From Octopus sinensis (taxonomy: Eukaryota): DNA of 64,000 nucleotides. The DNA is taken from assembly GCF_006345805.1 (NCBI RefSeq), contig NC_043026.1:7006001-7070000 (forward strand). Reading direction: 5' to 3'. Under the pieces are notes generated by a model that was given only the letters and a program-made list of their open reading frames with translations, was not told where the DNA came from and made no database searches. The translations under genes and the position numbers were made by a program. Shown here piece by piece: positions 25,531-36,269 of this stretch; positions within the stretch are counted from its first letter, which is position 1, and each line of letters begins with the position of its first letter.

Positions 25531-25589
25531 AGCTGAGTAGCATTAATGGTTCACAAGTTGGTCAGCCAATTGTTGTTTATATAATCAAA

Positions 25590-25935
25590 AGTGTTCTAGC
25601 CACGACCATCCCATCTTTTAGCAAGACAGTGTATCTAAGATTACATATACCAATGTGTCATGTTTTGCTGTTTAGCCCTAGGTCAGTCCTGATCCAGCAG
25701 ACCTATGATCAAAGCAATTCCACCTACAACTATCTTATTTTTTCATTCCGTCATAATGTATCTAGGACTATATTATGTAATGTGCACTTTGTTATTTAAC
25801 CTCTTTGAGCATCCCACATTTTATCCAGACATAGTAATAGTGTACCTAGGACTACATTAATGAATGTAGTGTTCCTTGTGCTTAGCAGATCTTTCATTAA
25901 AGACACTCCAACCATGACATCCCATCTTATATTTA
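25590..25935 (-). repeat. ~125-bp unit, 2-3 copies in reverse orientation
   Basis: tttagccctaggtcagtcctgatccagcagacctatgatcaaag. Confidence 0.7.
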
Positions 25936-25971
25936 GACAGTTTGCCCATGACAACATCATCTAACCTTATC

Positions 25972-26380
25972 TTTTACTTGTTTCAGTCATTTTGACTGTG
26001 GCCATGCTGTAGTCACCACCTTGAAAGGTATTTTAGATAAACAAATTGACCCCAGGACTTCTGAAGCCTAGTACTTATTCTATCGGTCTTTTTTGCTGAA
26101 CTGCTAAGTCACAAGAGCACAAAACACACCAAGACCAGTTGTCAAGCAGTGGTGGGGGACAAACGTTTGTGTGTGTGTGTGTGTCTGTGTGTGTGTGTGT
26201 ATATATATATATACACACACACACACGGCAAGCTTCTTTCAGTTTTTGTCTACCAATCCCACTCGCAAGGATTTGGTCAGCCTGAGGACATAGAAGACAC
26301 TTGCTCAAGGTGCCATGGAGTGGGACTGAACCTGGAACCATGTGGTTGGGAAGCAAGCTTCTTACCACATAACCATGCCT
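25972..26380 (-). mobile_element. SINE family A, near full length
   Basis: Tail, internal microsatellite and head all present. Confidence 0.85.
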
Positions 26381-26567
26381 ACACCATTTTTTTTTTAAAG
26401 ACAGAAAAGTATGATACAAGAGAGATTTGACTATCATTTCAAGCATTTTCAGTGACCCCTATAGAAGCTCCCTTGTTGGCTAATCTCTTCGCTGTCCCAA
26501 CACATCTGCTGACAATACTTCTACAGAGTAAATACCTCCTTCTCACTCCCCCACCCCCGCCCAGTGA

Positions 26568-26589
26568 CCATTAATCAGAATTGCTGTCA
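26568..26589 (-). promoter_or_regulatory. Candidate Meis + Pbx/Hox composite site
   Basis: Minus strand TGACAG caattc TGATTAATGG in unique DNA; function untested. Confidence 0.35.
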
Positions 26590-27401
26590 GCGCCTTCTGC
26601 AGCAGTCACGCTGTCGGAACGAGACCATCTGCAATGCTATTAGCAGCATCGTTATCAGGCGACTGTCTGTGAGTGTGTGTGTGTGTGGTGCATCAGCTGG
26701 AAAAAAAAAAGAAAACAAATCTACTTTGGCTGTGTAGTTAAAGACATTTGCTCAACAACTAAATAGGCAGGAGTGCAATCCCATGATGCAGAGAATGTCC
26801 CTTAGCAGGGCCTTGGGTTAAACCAGGAACATGCCATCAGGGTAGGCTGTTGGTAATGTTTATGTAGTAAAACACACAAAAAATAAACCAAACACATCCA
26901 TGTGACTGAGTTGAAGGCAGATTTCCTTCTGCCTTTATAGCGCATAAAGAAAACAGTGTTGTAGGAGTGTACGCAACAAGTGTACTACAGCAGTTCTAAG
27001 CGTAGCTTAAATACTGACATTGAAAAGCAGGGGCGAATTAGGCTGACCTAATCTAGAAAGAAATAAAATATTTTGCATTTTATGCACAGTAATTAGAGTA
27101 ACCTTCATAATTTTATTGAATTAGATACATCTTTTGCCATAAAAGGAAAATGTTACTCTTGATCAATTTTATTCAAGGTAGGCACATATATATAGATATA
27201 TAACATGAGTTAGGTTGCCCTTAAATGCTACTGGTATGACATGCAACCTAGAACCACCTATTGCATGGCAAGGTCATTGGTGATTAAACTGGCAACACCA
27301 GCAAACAGGATGGTTTTTGGACATCCTGCAGGATGTGAAACAGGACTTGTCAAAGGATGACTGAACGGAGAGTTAATGGCCATCCTGGTAAGAGACATAC
27401 A

Positions 27402-27624
27402 TATGAGGAGAGTGTTGAAAATTTCCTGGCTTTGGATAAAAGAAAATCCGGGAGGGTTAGTTAATCCTGATTTTATCCAACATATTTCCCTCTCAGATTC
27501 ACACAGTTATTGCAGGGGTCCTTCGGTTTTACTGAGCCCCGTAAAAGAACTTTGAAGGTCAGACCTCCAACCAAGCCTTTTGCAATACTCTTAAAACTGA
27601 GAACTTTTCAACACTTCCTTGTAT
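27402..27624. mobile_element. Tc1/mariner-type MITE
   Basis: TIR-like gtgttgaaaatttcctggcttt / aaaactgagaacttttcaacac with TA flanks. Confidence 0.75.
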
Positions 27625-28026
27625 GTCTGATATATATAATACGTACAACTAAATACCATAAACAAACAAAGAGCTGCCTTAACCAGCTCAACCCTTCAAG
27701 AATTACAATTTCAAAGAAGGATAACTTTGAACCACAAGATATACAAGATTCACAATCAACAGACACACCAAATGTATAGGTCCATCAGCAGCAGCCACGC
27801 ACACACATTTATGTCTGCACCCTCTTACATAACTTGATAAATGCTTTAAGTATGAAGCATAGATATAAATCTGTACCTTACCCCCAAAGAGACAGCAAAC
27901 TGGAATTCCATACTTACCTGCAAAGAGAAATAAAAATTAAATTCAAAACAAGACCACAAATTCATTCCACAACATGCAACAAATGGCAAAGTTCCAAGAA
28001 TTTTGGTAGACAATTATAACTGTAAC

Positions 28027-28060
<34 letters not shown>

Positions 28061-28174
28061 TTTGGTAGACAAAAATAACTGTAACAATAATAATAATCTT
28101 TTCTACTATAGCCACAAGGCCTGAAATTTTTTTTGGGGGATAAGTTGATTACATTCAACCCTGGTATTCAACTG

Positions 28175-28362
28175 GTAAAAGAAAATAGAGGAGAATCAGT
28201 TAATTATGATTTTATTCAACATATTCCCCTCTCAGATTCACACAATTATTGCAATGGTCCTTCAGTTTTCCTAGGCCGTGTAAAAGAACTTGGAAGGTCA
28301 GGCCCCCGACCAAGTCTATTGCGATACCCTAAAAGCCAGGAAGTTTTCAGAAACCCTCATGT
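28175..28362. mobile_element. Same mariner-type MITE, left end lost
   Basis: gattttattcaacatattcccctctcagattcacac...aaagccaggaagttttcag. Confidence 0.75.
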
Positions 28363-28380
28363 TTGTGTATACATACACAC

Positions 28381-28444
<64 letters not shown>

Positions 28445-28446
28445 TA

Positions 28447-28707
28447 GAAGGTTTGGAGGTGATGTACAGGTATTATATATTAGAAGAAATCTGGATGGTT
28501 TTATATTTACAGATTTTTATTAATATGTCCGTGTTTTTATAACTCATATATTAGTGCTTGCATCTACTCTAGTAGACTCTTCAGAGTAGATGCAAGCACT
28601 AATATATGATTTATAAAAACATGTGACATATTAATAAAAATCTGTAAATATAAAACCATCCAGATTTCTGAGTTCCTTATTTCTTCTAATATAATATAAT
28701 AAACCTT
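28447..28707. repeat. Long near-perfect inverted repeat, probably PLE-derived
   Basis: Arms 28485-28570 and 28583-28669, 12-nt loop; the minus strand at the centre reads ctact CTGAAGA gtcta. Confidence 0.85.
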
Positions 28708-28980
28708 TACATAAATAAATAACGTGAAATACACGAAGGGACGAACAAAAAGACAAACGGGTCATTCAAAGCCTTCATTCTTCAGTCAGAAACTGATCCC
28801 TCATCGCAGATTTCGGCTGTTTAATTCTGAGATCCGCTCTGAATCAGCCAGCCACAGAAGGAAAGAATGCAACGCAACAGAGACGAACATGAAACAAAAA
28901 ATCTTTTTTGGAGACAGTAACGGTTAAAAACATGGATGACACAGGCGCCCTACGGCTTTGAGACAAAAAGAGAGACACAC

Positions 28981-29043
<63 letters not shown>

Positions 29044-29046
<3 letters not shown>

Positions 29047-29218
29047 GGGTGCTGAAAAGTTGTCTTTGGATAAAAGAAAATCGAGGAGGATGAGTTAATA
29101 AATATTTTATTCAACATATTCCTCTTCCAGATTCATACACTTATTGCAGGGGTCCTTCAGTTTTTCTAAGCCCTTTGAAAGAACTCAGAAGGTTGGGCCT
29201 CGAACTAAGCCTTTCAAG
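29044..29218. mobile_element. Same mariner-type MITE, right end lost
   Basis: gggtgctgaaaagtt...ttattcaacatattcc. Confidence 0.75.
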
Positions 29219-29238
29219 AGAGAAACAGACAGACACAG

Positions 29239-29269
<31 letters not shown>

Positions 29270-31264
29270 AGACAGACAGACAGGAAGATGGAGAGAGAGA
29301 CACACAGATAGGAAGATGGAGAGAGAGAGACAAACAGACAGAAAGAGTGAGAAACAGACAGATAGGAAGATGGGAGTGAGAAAGAGAGAAGACAGGAGAG
29401 AGAGAGAGACATATAAATAGGAAAATGGAGAGAGAGAGGGAGAGAGAAACAATGAAAGTGTGAGAACACGGAGTGGGGTGGGGTAGGAAAAGTAAAATGA
29501 GATGAAGTTGAAAATAGAGAGAGAAAAAGTTGCAAAGCAAGGCAGGAAGGCAGAAACAACCACCAGGGATGCTAAGCTGCTGCTAACTACTCACTGTCCC
29601 AATTATTTACACCCTGTCTATCTGTCTGTCCTCCACACATCTCTCTCTCTCTCTCTCTCTCTCTCATATTTCAGTCACACCAATTGGTTTACTAGAAACC
29701 AAACCACATTCCTTAAATTCTTCGTTCAGAACTGTCAACCACTTGTTGCTATTTAACCCAAGGCCATACCTGACCCACTAGACCTTAACACCAAACCTGT
29801 TCCGGCAACAACCATTCATAGTTTTATTTATTTCTTTTTTTTTTTTTTGCAATTATTTTCATTCCAAGTGTATCTAGGACTACATCAGCTAAAGTGTCCT
29901 ACTTTACTTTTGTCAATGCCGTTTCGCCTCAAGGACATTCCTGATCCAGTAGACCTATGATCAAAAGGCATTCCAGATATGGCCAACCTTGCTTTTATTC
30001 ATATGCAATAAGTGCAGTTGTAGCATAGGTGCAGGTATGACTGCGCAATAAGTTTCCACATGGTTCCAGGTTCAGTCCCACTCGATAGCACCTTGGGCAA
30101 ATATCTTCTACCAAAGCCTTGTGACTGGAAACTGAAAGAAGCCCATTATATATATACAGGTGTGGCTGTGTGGTAAGAAGCTTGTTTTCCAACCACATGG
30201 TTCTGGGTTCAGTCCCACTGCAGTAAAAATAGGAGTGTCAGTAGAGACCCAATTAGGCAGCCCTTAAAAATAGACACCCCTTAAGACATTCTTTGGGATT
30301 AGAGAAGTTGCTGGTTTGAGTTTCGGTGTCCTTGCACCAACCATCTAGGAGGAGTTAACGAACAGAGAAACATCATTCAAATTTATAATAGGATAGGAAA
30401 GCTTTCTCCTTGCACACAAAATGTTGTCTGCATCTCTTATGAATTAAAGGCAGATTTTCTCTGCCTCTGACATAGTTTGTTTTTAATACAATTGTACAAT
30501 ATAGAATTTCTTCAATTGGAATTTACCTATGATTTTTCGAAGTAGATTCCATTGGGTCATGGCATATACATTTTTTTCAATTTCACCCCCAATTAAGCAA
30601 AAATTCGAGAAAACTCAATATTTTACGATTTGCCTCTCTCATTTCAAATGCTTTACTCCTGCTATTCCACAATTAAAATCCTCTCAAAGAACTCAGAAAA
30701 TCATTGCTTTATTGTTTCCTTTTCCATTCTTGCATGGGTCAGGCAAAATGTGTTGAGGCAGATTTTCTACAGCTGGATGCCCTTCCTGTCACCAACCATT
30801 ATTTGTTTCCAAGGAAGGTAATATTTCCTCGTGGCCAGACCGGTTTTACATAGAAGACTGGAAACGAACCACCCCACTTGTATGGCAGTGACGCTCGTTT
30901 ACAGCTATTACCTGTTGATATAAGGACACACAAACACATGATGCTTTACCTTTGGTTTTTGTCTACCAAATCCATTCACAAGACTAGCTGGCCCAGGGCT
31001 ATAGCAGACATGACTAAGATGCCACACAGTGGGACTGAACCTGGAACCATGCGGTTGGGAAACATCTTAATCATGCAGCCATGCCTATCTTAACTCTTTA
31101 GCATTTAAGCCAAACAGATCCAGCTTTGTTCTAACCATTTTAAGTACAAACCAACTAGATCAGGCCTCTTACACTTACCCTTGTCTCACAGCTTTGAGAT
31201 TTCAATGATGTGAAATATCATTTGAGCCCAGATAAGGTTGGTTCAATGACAAAAGACAAGGAGG

Positions 31265-31392
31265 CAGGGCTGTTCTGAGTTCAAATGCCACTGCATGGCA
31301 CATCGGGCAAGTGACTTCTACTATAGCCTTGGACCAACCAAAGCTTTGGGAGTGAATTGGGCAGATGGAAACTGAAAGAAGCCCATCGTGTA

Positions 31393-31424
<32 letters not shown>

Positions 31425-31574
31425 CCGGAGTAAACACATAAATGTGAAACAAGGTGGAAAAAAGAGTACTCAAATACCAGTGGTAGAGTAATATGCTTTA
31501 TTTAAAAGCAGCAGAAAATTCAACAAAACCTGTTACTCTGAGTTTCACGTTCCCGTTCGTCGGACAGTTTTTGC

Positions 31575-31633
<59 letters not shown>

Positions 31634-31835
31634 CATGTGTATGTTTGCCCACACACACACATTGCTTGATAACTGATGTTGGTGTGTTTATGTACCCATA
31701 ACTTAGTGATTCGGCAAAAGAGACCGATATAATAAGTACTAGGTTTATGAAAAATAAGTCCCAGGATCAATTAGTTCGACTAAAGGTGGTGCTCCAGCAT
31801 GGCCACAGTCAAATGACTGAAACAAGTAAAAGAAT
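31265..31835 (+). mobile_element. SINE family A interrupted in its internal (TA)n
   Basis: 5' half ends near 31400; 3' half resumes near 31640. Confidence 0.75.
31530..31567 (-). ncRNA. Minimal hammerhead ribozyme in PLE fragment 31425-31574
   Basis: ctgt CCGACGA acg ggaa cgt GAAAC tcaga GT A acag; all stems pair. Confidence 0.8.
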
Positions 31836-32378
31836 AAGGGAATGCAAAGGAAATGAATGAAAGCCACTGAAGTCAACTTGGCCCTTCATAAAATAAAGGA
31901 CCAGTCAAATACTTGGGTCAATAATATCAGCAAATACTCTCTCTTCAAAATTGCTGGCCTTGTGCTTAAATCAGAAATTGAGTTCCTCGAATCTCAAATC
32001 TCTTAAACCAGTCCATTAAGGCCAATGCTTAACTCTGAACTGAAAAGCTTAATGCAAAGAGCAACCTCTGTCGAGATGTGGATGTGAGAGGATACGTAAA
32101 TGTGTGCCTGGTGGAATGTTGTAGACATATATTCACAGACAGGAAAATGGAAACCAAATCAACCACAGCAGCACTAATGGGGTCACACAAACTCTTTTGG
32201 TCTCTCGTTCTTTTTTCACTTTTGACTGTGGCCATGCTGGAGCACTGTCTTAATGGGTTCTCTGTTTATAATAATAGACAGAACTACCACTGGAAAATAC
32301 GAAAACTAAAAGGAGCAGCACATATGCTAGGACAAAACAACCTCCTAAGCAGACTGAGTGCAGATATGAATAGCATAT

Positions 32379-32594
32379 GGGCTGGCAGAATCGTTAGCAT
32401 ACCGGGCGAAATGTGTAGCTGTTACGTTCTGAGTTCAAATTCCGCCAAGGTCGACTTTGCCTTTCATCCTTTCGGGGTCGATTAAATAAGTACCAGTTAC
32501 GCACTGGGATCGATATAATCGACTTAATCCGTTTGTCTGTCCTTGTTTGTCCTCTCTGTGTTTAGCCCCTTGTGGGTAGTAAAGAAATAGGTAT
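32379..32594 (+). mobile_element. SINE family B nested in the PLE
   Basis: gctggcagaatcgttagc ... aaagaaataggta, low divergence. Confidence 0.9.
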
Positions 32595-32656
32595 TAAGGA
32601 AGGATAGGAAAATATTAGATTTATGAGTCTAAAAATTCACTCCATAATTGCCCACA

Positions 32657-32730
32657 GGCATATGGCGTAGTGGTTAAGAGCGCAGGCTACTAACCCGAAG
32701 ATTCCAAGCTCAATTCCAAGCAGTGAACTG
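32657..32730 (+). promoter_or_regulatory. tRNA-like Pol III internal promoter
   Basis: A box tggcgtagtgg at 32663-32673; B-box-like gctcaattcc at 32709-32718 (one mismatch); no intact acceptor stem. Confidence 0.6.
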
Positions 32731-32800
32731 AATAATGATAATCATAATAATATTGAAAAATGCCTTAGGAATGAGAACCCAGGTTTGAAATTTCCCCCAA

Positions 32801-32846
32801 GACACCTGATGAAGGCTGGAGGGTATATCAGCCGAAACATTGTGTT
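32801..32846 (+). ncRNA. Minimal hammerhead ribozyme, stem III mutated
   Basis: gacac CTGATGA a ggctg gagggtatat cagcc GAAAC at t gtgtt; ACAT probably decayed from ACGT. Confidence 0.75.
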
Positions 32847-33049
32847 AACAACAAACAAGATGAGGACAAATATCCGTCATTTGTAAATAATTAACGGGTT
32901 TTAGTTGAAGAAATCGGCCCCAGGATTTATTCTTTGTAAGCCTAGTACTTATTCTAGTCTCGTTTTGCCGAACCGCTAAGTTATGGGGAAATAAACACAT
33001 CAATAGCAGTTGTTAAGCGATGGTAGAGGACACACAAATATATACTTTT

Positions 33050-33343
33050 ACTTTTGTTCCAGTCTTGACTGTGGCCATGCTGGAGCATCGCCTTTAGTTG
33101 AAAGAGTTCAACCGCAGGACTTATTTTTTGTGAGCCTAGTACTTATTCTATCAGTCTCTTTTGCTGAACTGTTAAGTTATGGGTACATAAACACACCATC
33201 ATTTCACAATGATGGGGGGACAAACAGACACACACACATATATATATGTATGTATGTACATCATCATCATCGTTTAACATCCGCTTTCCATGCTGTGTGT
33301 GTGTGTGTATATATATGTATATATATATGTGTGTATATATATG

Positions 33344-33412
<69 letters not shown>

Positions 33413-33590
33413 GTATGTATATGTATGTATATAGATGGGCTTCTTTCAATTTCTGTCTACCAAATCTGCTCACAAGGCCATGGTTGGCCCATGGCTATAG
33501 TAGAAGACACTTGAACATGGTGGCGCGCAGTGGGACTGAACCCAGAACCATGTGGTTGGGAAGCAAGCTACTTACCACACAGCCACACAT
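33050..33590 (-). mobile_element. SINE family A with expanded internal microsatellite and an inserted family C tail
   Basis: catcatcatcatcgtttaacatccgctttccatgc inside the TA/TG tract. Confidence 0.8.
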
Positions 33591-34429
33591 GCATCTACAG
33601 AAGTTTTATACATACAGACAATGCATAATACACACAAATACATACTCACATTTAGAAGGAGCTACATACAGGATCGATTGACTTGCTAGAAACACCAGCA
33701 AAATCTCCCTTAAATCACATCAACACACACAAATACACATTTATACATTGATAATATACACACATAAACATTAATATTTCACAGAAATAACAGATTCGAG
33801 GTCTGAAGGCTTCATACATTGGCATCGACACACACACACATATATATATATATATATGTATGTATATATATATATATATATATACACATACATGTATATA
33901 TATATATATATACATGTATATATATATATATATATATACACATATATACACATACATGTATATATATATACACACACACACACATATATACACATATATA
34001 TATATCAGCTATCATTTGGTATGTAGAAAAGTAGTGGCTTCTCATGTACCACACCCCTTATCTGCCCACCACCACCACCAGACACACTTTTCAGTTTTAA
34101 GTGCTCATGTACCCAATAGCAGACACACCCACACCCCACCTCCTTTCCACCCTCACCCTGTCGATCCTGGCAGAGCAGCGAAAGTGTCACAGCCAGAAGA
34201 CAAGCTGAGCTCTATCTTGTGTAAACCAGAGAGAGAAGCAAGACTTATTTAGAGGTGACTCCTAGGCTCTCTTGTCACAGCACCACCCTGGGGTGGGCGT
34301 GTACAACTTGTTCAAGATCCAGTGGGACAATCGATTAGGGGTGGGTGAGGAATGCACCCTGGAGAAAGCTACGACTGGCAACCCACAACACCTTTTTAGC
34401 CATCAAGCAGATACACATGCACACACCCT

Positions 34430-34472
<43 letters not shown>

Positions 34473-34485
34473 ATATGTATGTATG

Positions 34486-34517
<32 letters not shown>

Positions 34518-34539
34518 TATATAATTATATACATATAGC

Positions 34540-34705
34540 ATTAATGAAATAGGAGATGGAATGTGTGATAGACTTTATTGGATACATGTTTTGACCCGTT
34601 CTGGGTCTCTTCAGCACATCAAAAGAAAGTCTCACTAGAGATTTCTTGGGTCAGCATATGTACCCAATAAAGTCTATCACACATTCCATCCCCTATTTCA
34701 TTAAT
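34540..34705. mobile_element. PLE-type inverted repeat containing a hammerhead (34580-34617, minus)
   Basis: Arms ~34540-34588 and ~34655-34705; gtg CTGAAGA gaccc agaac gggtc aAAAC at GT A tcc. Confidence 0.7.
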
Positions 34706-34893
34706 ACTGTTACCCCAACCACCACTAACGAAGTTCCTGCAGTAAATCTACGGATAACAACAGGGAATCGAAACTGTGCTGGTACTTTACTCATCATTCA
34801 TTTATACATTTTGTACAATTTCTCCATTATATATGTGTGTGTGTGTGTGCCAGAGTGGCTGTGTGGTAAGAAACTTGCTTCCCAACCACAGGG

Positions 34894-34931
<38 letters not shown>

Positions 34932-35340
34932 TTTGTTAACGTTCATATTTGTGTGTGTGTGTGTATTTATTAAAGATAAAAAAGAAGAGATGGAATGTAC
35001 CAACAAAAAATTTAATTACCTCAACAATTGTTGTGATAATATACCTTCCGACTTCTTTTTCATCTTTAATATACACCCAATGTCCATATTGGAATTCCTA
35101 GAATTATTACAAAGATATTTGCTAAGTATTACTGGTGATGCCTGTTAGCCATAAGTGTTGAACATGCTCCGTGAACACATAACCTGGGGCTTACTCTGAA
35201 ATAAGGTTTCGATACTGTGTTTAACACGCATTTTCTTAACCTTATACATATGTGTGTGTGTTGTGTGTGTGTGTGTGTGTGTGTCATCAACGAGACCATA
35301 AGTCAGGGAGAAGATACACTTGTATAATTGTCAGTAAAGT

Positions 35341-36048
35341 AGGTATATTATCCGAATTTTATAGAATTAAGTATCCATCATGGCTGGTCTTACCAATTGG
35401 TTTCACAGAGAAACACAATGGAGCGTTAGGTAACAAACAGATTATGTAACTTTACATTCATCAGAGGTAGCTGATATGGAAGAGAATATGACAACTGCTC
35501 TGTATCGTTGGATGTGGATTAGCACAATCGGTCAGTGGCTGCAGTGAAAACAGGGAAAAAAGTGGTTGAATGAAAAATGAGGATTTGGCCAGGAGTTATG
35601 TCCCTTGGTTAGGTATGTTGTGAAGCCGGCAAGAGTTATCTTGAAGTGGGGAAAGCATGTATTAATAGTGTGGTATCCCTGCAGGGATGGGGTGCATGGC
35701 ATTGGGTGTGTGGTATGTGTAGCTTTGTCATATATATAATTTTTTCCAGGGCTGTAGGTATAGATAGCTGTGTTCATTGGTCTGTTTTCTTCCTGTAAAG
35801 GACAAAGTGGTCGGGGAGGGGGTATATTAGTAGCAGTGTGTAATGTAAAATGTGTGGGTGGGCAGTCTGTGTATATGTGGGGGTATAATAGAGAGCAGTT
35901 GCCATATTCCCTTCCATATCAGCTACCTCTGACGAACGTAACTATATAACTGGATCGTTACCTAACACTCCATTGTATTTTGCGCAAAACCAATTAGTAA
36001 GACCAGTCATGATGGATGCTAAATACTATAAAATTCAGATAACATACA
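35341..36048. mobile_element. Degraded PLE with divergent inverted terminal repeats, each hammerhead-like
   Basis: 35341-35502 (minus) matches 35892-36048 (plus); CTGATGA...GAAAC caattg GT A; spacer faintly GIY-YIG-like (TYLTKGHN). Confidence 0.6.
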
Positions 36049-36077
36049 TATACATACATATATATACATATATATAT

Positions 36078-36238
36078 TTTCTATTTTCTGTCCCTGTTTA
36101 TTCCTGTGTGCCTTTCTGTAGAAGAGCATAGGCTCAAAATGTAAAAGACTCTCACTTCCTGAGCGTTAAACTAATACATCTGTTTGTTGTTTACACACCC
36201 GCCTTCGTCTTTTGTTTTTTGTAAATGCTCACTATATG
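36078..36238 (+). mobile_element. PLE terminal fragment with degenerate hammerhead (36112-36147)
   Basis: cttt ctgtaga a gagc atag gctc aaaat gt a aaag; sister of 14401-14600. Confidence 0.55.

Positions 36239-36269
<31 letters not shown>

Larger units (their letters stand above)
32260..32890 (+). mobile_element. 5'-truncated Penelope-like element (GIY-YIG C-terminus, tRNA-like segment, hammerhead)
   Basis: TSD ttaatgggtt (32250-32259) / ttaacgggtt (32891-32900) splitting a SINE A; peptide HWKIRKLKGAAHM...NSIW. Confidence 0.68.

Noticed and set aside
26925-26946. aaggcaga-tttcct-tctgcctt hairpin as a terminator
   Set aside because: Eukaryotic context, and short hairpins arise by chance.
28790-28865. 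Minus-strand ggctg...cagcc gaaa as a hammerhead
   Set aside because: The CUGAnGA core is unrecognisable and the cleavage triplet is not NUH.
30318-30355. Minus-strand ggtg caagga cacc gaaac as a hammerhead
   Set aside because: The core and stem III are missing.
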